The translations under genes and the position numbers were made by a program. From Selaginella moellendorffii (lineage: Eukaryota > Plantae > Lycopodiophyta), in contig NW_003314360.1 of the NCBI RefSeq assembly GCF_000143415.4, positions 426,595-490,594 of the forward strand: a stretch of DNA of 64,000 nt. Direction: 5' to 3'. This document shows positions 1 to 10,659 of this stretch, piece by piece (position 1 is the first letter of the stretch; each line of letters starts with the position of its first letter). A model generated the notes under the pieces. That model had not been told where the DNA came from and did no database searches. It saw only the letters and a list, made by a program, of their open reading frames with translations.

Positions 1-2630
1 TTGAGGGGGATGAGGAGCCAGAGAAAGATAATGAGCAGGAAGAGCAGAGGGCGGAAGAGGAGGACAAAGAAGAGGAGGACGAATACCTGTGGATTGTTCG
101 TCCTGGCAACTGTAATTATATGCTCCATTGAAGTCACCTCTTCAATGGAGTTTGTCACCGCAACACACGGGACACCCTTGAGTAGTGCGGCTTGAAAGAA
201 TAGTCCGCCGCAGTTGTACTCGACAACGCATTTGCCCTTGGAGTCGTGAGCAGGTGACCCACCCGCTATTGCGTTGAAGACCCAGCTGAGCATTTCCCAT
301 GCTGCACCTGGAGCTTTCTCTGGATTCGAAAGCTCCATAGCCATCTTCAGTTCCTCAGGCACGGGTAAATTGACCTCCCTCAGATCAATTCGATCGGCCT
401 TGTCGAACGAAGCTGGGAAGTCACTCCAGTCCCACTCTGCTGCAGGACCAATAACAAGGGCGAGTGTGAAGATGCGGACATTCGTCGGTATCTTCTTCTT
501 AGCCATTATCCCATGGATCTCCCGCATCTCCTTGCCTTTCAACTGAGCCTTCACCTCATTCAAGGCCTTCCAGAACTTGTGATAGGATTCGGAGTTGTAG
601 ATCATATAGTGGACTGAAGATTCCACCTCCGCAAGTCCCACCATTAAGTCAATGATGGAGCTGACTTCGTCTGCATGAGTGATCTCCTCGTTTGTGAAGT
701 CTATCACACAAAAGATGTTCTTGACCTGCTCATCTCTGTGAGAAACGATGCTCCTCCACCTTTGATCCTCATCTGAATTCACGTATACCCGGTAAGGTTC
801 TCGATAGGCCTCTGCTGCGGGGTCGAGCTGTTTCTGAAGCCGGCGGTCGACATCCCTCTTAATGAAATTTGGATACTGATCCAAGTTCTCAGCTTTACTT
901 TTCGTGGCATCCCGCAGCAGATCGATGAACTTGGGGGCCCCCTTCACGTACTCGTCGATGTCTTCATTTGACAACTCCAGCTCTTCCATCATCTCTTGCG
1001 TGGTGTCGATGCTCACCCTCTCCACGGCCACTTGCTCGAAGATCCAATCCTTCAATAGCGCACGAGCTCTCAGAGTCATGCACAAGTCCTCGTATGTCAC
1101 AATATGGCCGGGAGTCATTTTGGTCTTGTTGAAGACTACCTCATCACGTAGAAGAGCATTAGCCACTGTCAGAAGGTCGTCGTCGTCTAGAGACCGCGAG
1201 AAACGCAAGGTGTTGAGCTTCAAATCATTGGGTTTCCGGCCGTCCTCCACACCCATTGAGTTTAGCAACTCCCCGTCATGGTACCTCCTCAGCACATCTA
1301 CCCATTTGTCAAAAACAACTTTTGTCGCGAGTAGAATGTTATGGATGCTGAGTGTGTCATTGACCCCCAGTGTTTTCGAGAGAAGACTCGAGAATTCCTG
1401 CAATGGAAATGGCGTGAGGCCACATGCTATGCCACATGCAACGAGGCTTACCTGCCAGGCGCTAGTTGCTAGTGCACGTCCTTGTCCTGGTTTTTGTGGC
1501 TTCTTCAGTTGAACCCAGAGCTTCCGTGTTCGTGCCAATGTCTCGTGCAGACCCGATTTGTAGCACGTTTCTTGCTTGACATTCTGCGCGTGGGAGATGT
1601 ATATGATAGATCGGAGGGGCGAGTTGCCTTTTATCAGGCGGACAACTCTTGTCTTGAAGACTTTCTTCACCTCCTCGCCCACCATAATATCCACAACTAT
1701 CTCTTGCATCGCCAAGCTAGAATGCTGCCCGGAGACGGCATAGAACCGGATTTTCTGATCGTCCAACACCTTCCTATTGATCAAGTCTGGAAACCTCGTC
1801 TCGCCCTTCATTGTTCGGTAGTAGGGGATCACGTCTGCAATGTCGGGTGTTACTGGACTTGCCAGCATCTTCTGCTTCAGTTTCTCCACCCACTCATCAG
1901 ATACTAGCATGTGGTTGTATTTGCTTTAGATGTCGATACGGCTCACGTCGATTGTATATACTTTGTTGGAATAGTAACAAGTACTATTATCTGCGACGAT
2001 TTTTGCTGCCTCTTCTTGCTCTTTCTGCTCTTTGCGGCTCTTCTTTTTGGTGGGTGTAATGTTCGAACCCGAGGCAATGGCATCACCGAGTAGCTTCTTT
2101 TTTGGAGCAGGAGAGTCGGACGTCGGCTTGAGCTTGACCACCCTTTTCTGCTTCGGGGTAGTTTCCAGATCGACCCCCTTCCCCTTCGCTTCGCGAACTG
2201 GAGGCACTCTCAACGGCTCAATGTTGGAATATAGTTTTTGAACATCGCCGTAGGTGAGGTCCATGGATTCCATATGATCTTCATAGACCCGCAGCGTCTT
2301 TGAAATTGTGGGCTTCCTGGACAACCTCTCCCTAGCTCCCTCTAGGAATTCCTCATAGCCGCTGCCCCCCTCCGGGAAGCCGCTAGGATGTGCAAGGTGG
2401 ATCTTGAAGGCGAATGCTGTCTCTACCACAAGTGCCAGTCCATATTCTTGCATGGAACTGCATGGAGTGTCTGTCACTTGGATGAGGATCCCCATGCATT
2501 CTTTTCTCCCACCATCTGTGTTGTACAGCCTCAGATCCTCGCCTTCCATCCCGATAGTCCAACTGGTGAGCTCCTCCCCCTTCTCTGCATCCACATTGAC
2601 AGTGGCTGGAAGAAGAACGCAATTCCTCGC
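1..2630 (-). pseudogene. Large disrupted gene: ParB/Srx-like domain plus degenerate beta-class N4/N6 DNA-methyltransferase-like C-terminal region; runs off the left edge
   Basis: ORF 1926-2651 continues in the same frame past one TAA (1926-1928) for more than 600 codons to the window edge, which is why it is missing from the ORF track. Motifs: YTIDVSRIDI*SKYNHMLVSDEWVEKLKQKM...RFYAVSGQHSSLAM (ParB/DGQHR-like) and NPEKAPGAAWEMLSWVF...GKCVVEYNCGGLFFQAALLKGVPCVAV (MTase motif X/I-like). Probable in-frame GT-AG intron at 1398-1451, a donor at 86 and an acceptor near 2631. Confidence 0.55.
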
Positions 2631-2742
2631 CTGTTCAGAAATGCACAACAATTAGAGCTGACAGATGAAAAACTAGTAGCTGGAAATAACATGAGGCCAC
2701 ACGCCATTCACCACTGCATCAGATGTCTTGAGGCTACATAGA

Positions 2743-3150
2743 TCACTCCGTAATCTATGTACCTCCGTAGATGGAAGGGCGATTTGTTGGTTGTGTCGAG
2801 GCACTTGTCGAGTCTATGGGGACAGTGTTGAGTGTGGCATCATGGACACTGGCTGCTGCTGTCAGTGGGACATGGTGGGCCTGAATCAGACAGACCGCAG
2901 AGCAGAGCCAAGCACAAAGGTGACGGTGGCTGCTGCGCTGGGCCAGGTCCTGGAGAGCATTAAGGCAAGAGGGCTCGCTGCTCTGTTCCAGTGGCAGGGG
3001 CTGGCCTGGGTGGCGATTGCATAGGATTTCTCCCTCCTCCATAGCCACAAGAAACAAAAAATCCAAGTGCTGGGACTTAGAATTTTTTGCGCTCAGTGTT
3101 TGAGCGTTGTGGGCCGCTAGATCAAGAGGATCTGACGGTGGAGGATAAGC
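2743..3150 (-). mobile_element. Truncated copy of the Penelope-like element found at 19920-20920
   Basis: Near-identical reverse complement of 19920-20320. It includes RRYIDYG (degenerate YIDD) and then breaks off at ~2743. Confidence 0.65.
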
Positions 3151-3945
3151 AGGAGCTTCCCATAGCTACCAGAGCGGAGAGTTAGCCCTGAAAGGAGGGG
3201 GCTTTTCAACAAGCCCGAATCTTCCGCGTCCTCGAAGCTCCGGTCTGCTCCAGCGCTCAGCGCCTCGGAGCAGGCTTTCTGGACACCGACCCAAGGGCAG
3301 ATGGGCGCTTGCAGATGGGCGCCTAGAAGGAGTGCCTCGCACGGCGCCTAATCCCGGTGGAAACCCTGAGACCCAGAACTGGACGAGGGGCGAGGAGAGA
3401 AGACTAGGTCTACTTCTGAGAGGACTAGGTCTACTGCCGAGGGATCCCAAAGCCCATTCAGGAGCCCCCAGCCGTTGCCGCGCCATCGCCGACTCCATCG
3501 CCATGTCGGGAGCGAGGCAAACCCCTGTTGCTGTTCAGCTGGAACCTCCCCTGCGCCTTACCGCCGCAGATCTGGCTCCCCCGAACGCGCTGCCCCCGGA
3601 TGCCGCCTTACCTGTCATGCTAGGGTTGTATTACCCATTACATGTTTGTTTGTGACATGAGTTGTTGTTTATATATGGAGTAAAGGCTAGAGTTTAATTG
3701 AGCAGTTGCGGCCTTCATGATTCAGTGCTTTCTCTAGCAACAAAAATCCGGGAAACAATCTCACTTGATGTTTACAACTGTGTTGTGAATAGATGTCATA
3801 AACGTCAACTGAGAATGTCTCCATGGCATTTGTCGCTGGATAAAGCAATGAACGAAAGTTCACAACTTCTCAATTAGATTCTAATAAACATGTAGTTCTT
3901 GTTATAAAGACATTTTGAAATGGAAAGTATTTTTCGCTTATTATT

Positions 3946-4087
3946 NNNNNNNNNNNNNNNNNNNNNNNNNNNNNNNNNNNNNNNNNNNNNNNNNNNNNNN
4001 NNNNNNNNNNNNNNNNNNNNNNNNNNNNNNNNNNNNNNNNNNNNNNNNNNNNNNNNNNNNNNNNNNNNNNNNNNNNNNNNNNNNNNN
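3946..4087. other. Assembly gap (142 N)
   Basis: Run of N. Its flanks match the reverse complement of 18982 and 19124 in the right arm. Confidence 0.99.
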
Positions 4088-4255
4088 AGAGGGCTGAGAC
4101 TTATTTAAACCCCCCCACCCAGAGGGATAGCATTGTAAACTGAAGATCCTCTGCACTGCCTCTGCGAGGCTCAAAAGCAAAGCATGAAGTCTTATCTCTA
4201 ATTGTCTTTCGTTTCCAATCTCTGGATTTTGTAGCAGGGGCCTAGATTGAGCAGA

Positions 4256-4885
4256 ATGGGCATGGTTGCGCTAGGTTTTGGGGCGTCTTGTTCATCGACA
4301 GGTGAGCTGTGGAGCTCGGTGAGTACAGCGAGGGGTGCAGCCGGCGGGGGAGGCCCCGGATTCGGAAGAAGGAGGAGACTGTGGAGAAGGTGAAGCAGCA
4401 GCTGGAGGATTGCTACCTGGTTGCAGGGGTTCAGTACAAGAACCTGACGGTGCAGCAGATGCAGAACCTGCGTCGGAGCCTGCCGGAGAAGACGAAGCTG
4501 ATGGTGGCCAAGAACACACTGGTGGGTAAGGCGATTGAAGGCACCAAGTGGGAGGCTCTCAAGCCTTGTCTCAAAGGGATGAACGTGTGGCTGTTTGTGC
4601 ACACGGAGGAGATCCCGGTGGCGCTCAAGCCTTACAGAGCGTTTCAGAAGGAGCTGAAGCTGGAGGACAGTGACTTCACGGGGGCTGTGTTTGAGGGGAA
4701 GTTTTACGCACCGTTCAACCAGCTGGAGACGATGCCGAGCCGGGCGGACGTGTATTGGAAGCTGCTGGGGGCTCTCAAGGCGCCGTCGGCTAGAGTGGTG
4801 GGGGTGCTTCAGGCTCCGGCCACGAATCTGCTGCTCACCGCTCAAGGCGTATGTTGCGAAGCTGGAGGAGGAGAGTCGCTCTTGA
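4256..4885 (+). pseudogene. RPL10: Plastid-type 50S ribosomal protein L10, frameshifted copy
   Basis: KKEETVEKVKQQLEDCYLVAG...LTVQQMQNLRRSLP...VAKNTLVGKAIEGTKW...GMNVWLFVHTEEIP...FTGAVFEGKFY. The C-terminal LKAYVAKLEEE is in another frame (extra base near 4840). The ATG and transit-like leader (4256) are out of frame with the core. Confidence 0.88.
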
Positions 4886-5420
4886 CTGTTTTGCATGGAG
4901 CAGGAACGACATTGTAGTTTTTCAACCTTGCTCTGTATCTTAACAGTATTGACAGTGTTCACACACCGATTCGAACCCGGGGTAAAGTGATCATATAATT
5001 AAATAATAATACATACAAAAATTCAACAGTCAAAAGGGAAACTTTGTTACATCCGTGGAATCAAATGAAAGTACTGCTTGTAAATAATCAAACAGAAGAG
5101 AAGGAAACGTTTTAAGAGAGACAGGCTAAATATATGAGGTAGTCTCTGAATATATGGATTTACTATATATAACTATACATGAATTTAAAATAACTGAAAT
5201 AATAATAATTATGACTTTTTAAACTAAATTTCTTAAATAAACTTAAATATGGATTGTTGTGCGCTCAACGTCGTCAACACATTATCTATGCCGTTTCCCT
5301 TACTGTCACCGATAGAGAATCCAGTCACCTACCAAAGGAAAACCAGAATCGTAAGACTCGCTTTGTATCAAAGTCTTGAATCGCACCTGGAAAGCCTCCT
5401 TTACCACTAAATACTGGTGA

Positions 5421-8070
5421 TCACATCTTTCTCGGACGCTTTTCGGTATGCCTTACAGCTGCAATCTGCTCGATCATACCAAAATTGGAGCCGATAATAA
5501 CACTCGAGGCGTATATATCCATCGGATTAGACTTTTGATATGAGAGAGCTGATGAATTGTCCTTGTCCGAGAAAAATACGTATCCAAAGTTCGTTCGAGC
5601 ATACTCTACAGAAGACAAAAATTAAAAATAAACGAAAAACGTATAACGTATGGACTTACTTTCATCGCCAGGCTGCTCATTGTTCTTGATAGCAATCAGT
5701 CTTCGGACGTCACTCTTAAGATTTCGAACGACTTCCGACCAATCCGCAATGGCTGGCTTAAGAGGGTCTCCAGAGCACTTGCTTTGGATGTACAAAAGAA
5801 AAGGCTCCAAATCCATGTCTTTTACTTCCTTGAGTATCAGGAAGGTATCAGCCCCGCTGTTCCGAGGTCCACAGATGGCCCAAGTCCCTGACCTTTGAAC
5901 CTCCTTTTTTGAGCCTGGACTACTGTGTTTGATCCGAAACCAAAAAACTAAAAACAAGAACATACCTGGACTCAGTTGCTTGATTGAAACTGGAAAAGTG
6001 GGGAACCTGAACTTTCGGTTCTTCAGATTGTCAGGGATGTACCAATCGCAAGGCAACACATCCGCCAGCATGAAGGTGTCTGAACCCCCCGATAGTAACT
6101 GCAAATAACAACATGTTAGTAACCGAGACTATGAAAGACTATGAACGTAGAATTCACATACCTTATGAATGTAGATGCTGAAGATCAGAGACAACAAATC
6201 GTTGTCTTCCTTCTGCTTCCAATCATCCGTTGACATTGTTGTCAAATCAAAAGTTGTAGAGCCAAAAAGGTCCTCCCGCTGGAGTGTTAGCTTATGCAGT
6301 AACACAGGTGAAAACTCCACCAGAGCCTTTTCTTCGTCAAGATTGGGAACGTCCACCACAGCCACTACTCCACAACTCTCCAGAGCTTCCCATGTCAAAA
6401 CATTCTCTCTTGGAAAGGCCTGCAGCAGAACCGGTTCCTTCCTTGAGACATGCTCACGAAGCATCGATGCTTGAATTGCTCGTAAGAGATAAGGAAATCT
6501 CTCATCCCCGGCAAAGCCATTGTAATACTCGAATCTTGTGCATAGGCTCCACACACGATCCAGAATCCGCCTTACTTTGTCTCTCAGGAAGGGCTCCTGA
6601 ATTCTCAGCGCAAGGTTGTCAATGTCAAGGGCCATGTCTGGGTCATCTGAAGCCAAAGCCTGAACCATGAAGGTAATCAACCTCGGATTCCCTCCGCTCA
6701 GCTTGCACAACAGCCGCATGCCATCATTTAAAGCGTGAAGTTCTTCACGGTTTGAAGTCCTCAGCACCTTGTTAAAGACTTGCAACACCAGCTTCTCCCG
6801 ATCGCTGCTGCTGAGAGGGTTGACAGGAATATAAATCACTTTAGATGATCCAGTGTCACCGCTCTCTCTCAAAGATGCCGCTGTGAAAAGGTTGGTCGCT
6901 CCGAGCATAGTGACAAACGTTTTGCCACCCGCGTTCCTGTGCTTCCAAACTATGAACTCCCGAAACAGTTTCTGAACAAGGACGTTGTTCCTCCCAATCT
7001 CATCAAAGAAGAACGACAGGTAAATGTTTTGGTCTCCGAGCTCGCAGACTTCTCGCAACAAAGCTATCACGTCATCAAACAGGAGGAACTTCTTCAAATC
7101 AGGTGCTTCGGCATCAACAACAGCGACAAGCTCTTGGTAAGGAAAGCGCGTCCAAGTCCCAGTATCTTTTCTGATGTTATCTTGGCCATCTGCTCTAGAA
7201 ACAGCTGCATGCAAAGTCCTCAGGGCCAAAACCTGAGCATCACCCAGCCCGGCCTCGCCATGAAAAGTTGAAATAAAATCATGGTACATGAGCACGTCGA
7301 GATGTTCAACGGTGCTCATCATGGCCTCCCACGGTCGCACCTCATCGGTTGATGTATCGAAAATCGAGGCAAGTTCTTGAATCCTTAGCCCTGGATCACT
7401 CCGTTGCCTTCTCATCTCAATGAGTATTTGTGGGAGTGCCTTGCCAAGGGATGTTTTTCCCGCACCCGGGAATCCAACCACACCCATTATATGGTGGAGG
7501 CGCCTAAACATCCCAGTCTGTGTGTTGACTGCTCATGAATTGCTTGTACAACAGCCAGTTACCCCTGAGCAAAGCATACACAGTATTCTCTCGTCCAACA
7601 ATGGGAAACTGCTGCCCGATGTCCTTCAGAGACAAGCCAGTTGGCAAAGAAGATAATGAATCCCTTTCAAGGCATTTTCTGTACGTGCGGGCATGCTTAA
7701 GACGAGGTCCAAAGAGCTCCTTCAGCTTGGCAATCCGATCACGGGCGTTTGACCAAACAACTCCACTAGAGGGAATGAGCTGCTGACGGAGCTGCTTCTC
7801 CTTCTCACGGAGCTGCTTCTTCTCATCACGGAGCTGCTTCTTCTCATCCATCCAGTGCTTCTGAAGCTCACCCTGCGTGGAATCCACCTTCTGCTCAACC
7901 TGCTCAATCGCTTGTTGCACGGCCCTGATCTCCGATTCCACTTCCTCAATCTGCTGCTGAATCGATCGCTCAGGCCCATCCGCCCTTTGCCGCTTCCCAG
8001 CCCTGATATCTGATTCCAATTCCTCCCCATCCGCCCTTGGCCGCTTCCCATGAGACTGCTCTCGCACCAT
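5421..8070 (-). pseudogene. Crinkler/RHS-type protein: coiled-coil header, P-loop NTPase and PD-(D/E)xK-type nuclease-like C-terminus; one frameshift at ~7505
   Basis: EKKQLRD/E heptads, IVGRE, Walker A GFPGAGKT, Walker B FFFDE, SGGNPR and C-terminal NSGADTFL...LYIQSK. Three short GT-AG introns join ORFs 6129-7511, 5622-6104 and 5421-5618. Confidence 0.7.
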
Positions 8071-8169
8071 GGCGGAACCCTAACCTAGGTACTCTCTTTT
8101 TTAGGGTTCTAGCCGTAGAATGGAAGACTGGAGTAGGTTCACGTAGAAAAGAACTAATGTTGACTCGGC

Positions 8170-9720
8170 AGTGAGTATATGGCAGGACAGCTTCAGGCTT
8201 ATGGCCATCTCGGACTCTCCTCAGAGAGATCTTTGGCTGATCAACACGTAAGTTCAGTATCAAAAGGAAGAATCTTAAGCTGGATCAATTGTTGCTGCTG
8301 TTTTATTCGCAGGTGTACTGTGAAAGCTCCGACAATGGAAACACTGATACGTAAAGGCAAAGCGGCCTCTATTCCCTTGGTGGATAGCTGGATGCGTTCT
8401 TCAGGGTTTAAAAGATCTCAAAGCCGTCAGCGTCATCGGAGTGCAGCAAATACAGCGGGGGAGACTTTGAAAGGCCACGAGGCCTAGCTGCTTCGACGGG
8501 ATGCTTTACCGTCTCTTGATTTGCCAAAAGTTTATAATCTCTTTTGCTGTTGTGTTTTCAGGTTCGTAAGAACAAGTTTGTCGAGATCATTCCTATCAAC
8601 GTTGGCTGCTTGGGTGCTTGCACATACTGCAAGACGAAGCATGCTCGCGGGCATCTTGGCAGCTACACAGTAGACGCACTAGTAAGGACCTTCGCCAGTT
8701 TCTTTTCTCTGTTACTGAGCTTTATCTACAGGTGCAAAGATTGAAAACCGTGGTGTCTGAAGGTGTGAAGGAGATATGGCGACACTGGAGCTTACGGTTA
8801 TGGTTATCTGTTTCAAGCTAGCATTTTTTATTTACTTTTTTCTTTCTTTGCACTACAGGACGAGATATTGGAGCAAATATACCAGCGCTTCTACGTGCTT
8901 TAGTTGCCGCGCTTCCTCATAGACAGAAGTACAATGCTCCGAATCTACATCTTACAGCATCTGGAGGAAATGGCTGTCACCCCTGCGTGTATTCGTTCCT
9001 TCATGTTCTGGTTCAATCTGGAAGGGACTCGGTGTTGGAGGTACTGATGTTCTGGGTGATTGTTTTGTCTCTGTAAGCCGTTTTCTGTGTTCTTCAGGGC
9101 ATGAAGAGGGAGTACACGTTTTCCGAGTTTAGAAAAATTGTGGATACTCTCACAAGACTAGTCCCGGAGATTCATATCGCTACAGATATTATCTGTGGAT
9201 TTCCAGGTACACTCGCATGCATGAAAAAGATTGTATCTTATTGAGCTTTTATCCTTGTCAGGAGAAACATCAGAGGATTTTGACAGGATCATGGAACTAA
9301 TACGAGAGTACACGTTCCCACAGGTCCACATATCACAGTTTTACCCTCGACCAGGTAGGTAATCTCTGTACATGCTACTGAATGGTTCTCTCTGTCACTA
9401 GTGTTTATCCTGTCAATATCCTTAGACAGGAACACCGGCGGCTCTAATGAAACGGGTTCCAACGCTCGAAGTGAAGAAACGAAGCCGTTCCTTGACAAGT
9501 CTGTTCGAATCGTTCACTCCTTACGCAGGAATGGAGGTGAAACGTACCGAGTCTGGGTCACCAACACTGCTGCTGATGGAATTCATCTGGTATTCTTTCT
9601 TTTGTTCTACGTCTCTGCAGGTTGGCCTGTGTACAAGTTCTACTTCCAGCTGTACCGGGCCTTCTTGGAAGCAAGTTAATGTGAAGATTACGTCTGTCGG
9701 AAGATGGTCTGTGACTGGCG
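8170..9720 (+). pseudogene. CDKAL1: CDKAL1/MtaB tRNA methylthiotransferase (radical SAM), 5'-truncated and decayed
   Basis: [43 protein letters not shown] (CxxxCxxC), [38 protein letters not shown]. Multiple small introns, deletions and frameshifts. Confidence 0.85.
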
Positions 9721-9939
9721 AGTGGCGAACCAGATTCCACTCCTGGAGACGATGCTGAGAAAGTCGGACGCGAGCAGCGGTAAGGAATGCGATCCTCGGG
9801 GAGTTCCTGAGAAAGAGATCCCGAGTCCAGGCATCACATTTTCGTTTGTTGAAATTCACCAGGATCAGAAGCGGCCGGCTCTGTGGTCACTCTTGTGGCT
9901 TTCTTTACACACTCCAGAAGAAAACAAGCTCAAGGACGA

Positions 9940-10562
9940 GTCTGTGCAACGCTCGCACAAACTCGACTGGGCACAACTGGGAGCTCCAACCAGAGTCCAA
10001 TCTCCGCTATCCCAGACGAGGTGTCTTTACGTCAATGACGGCGAGAGACTTATCTTCATCAAGACAAGTTTGCAAGCACTGGTACGCTCTGTGTTCATCA
10101 GACTGTCTGTGGGAGAAATTCGTCGGCTCAAGTCAAGCCAACTTACCAAGGTACGTGCCTCCTGACTATACTATTTTCTGGAAATTTTGTTTTCCTTGCT
10201 TAAACGTTGAATTTTGCAGATGGCTGGTGCATAAGCACAGCACGCTACTGTCGTCTCGAAGCACTCGCGTTTTATATTTCACGAACAGATACACGTTTCT
10301 GATTCAAGCCTTGGATGCATGGTGGGAACACGGGATTTACAGCTCCTCTAAGCTGTGTCCTCTTATATGAGAGCTTATGCTGCGCGACTGGTGCGTATTC
10401 TATGAAGTGCTAAGCTCCGCTTTTGCGAATCATGCAGATTTCCTATCTGCCTCACTTCTGCCAAAGCTTCACGGCAGATTGAATCTGTACGACCTGGAAG
10501 GTGTGTGTTTGAATGACGGAGTCACTGGGATGAAAATCTGGAAGGTGCTGCGTGACCTCTGA
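9940..10562 (+). pseudogene. F-box-containing gene fragment
   Basis: VFTSMTARDLSSSRQVCKHWYALCSSDCLWEKF matches the F-box consensus. Downstream exons are fragmentary. Confidence 0.5.
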
Positions 10563-10659
10563 CAGCGTTATATCTCATGGGTGAAAGTTTGCCTTCACTG
10601 CTCGGACCTGAATTATGCAGTCCGACTCGAGAGAGTCCGGTAAGTGGCATTCCCGCTGG

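Noticed and set aside
904-1907. Plus-strand ORFs of 202 and 141 aa
   Set aside because: Antisense shadows of the long minus-strand frame. Ser-rich and without motifs.
3332-3660. ORF starting MSGARQTP with a 21-nt tandem repeat upstream
   Set aside because: It may be a captured 5' gene fragment, but I could not recognise any homology.
4198-4962. 254-aa minus-strand ORF (and its mirror 18108-18872)
   Set aside because: Antisense shadow of the GC-rich RPL10 sequence.
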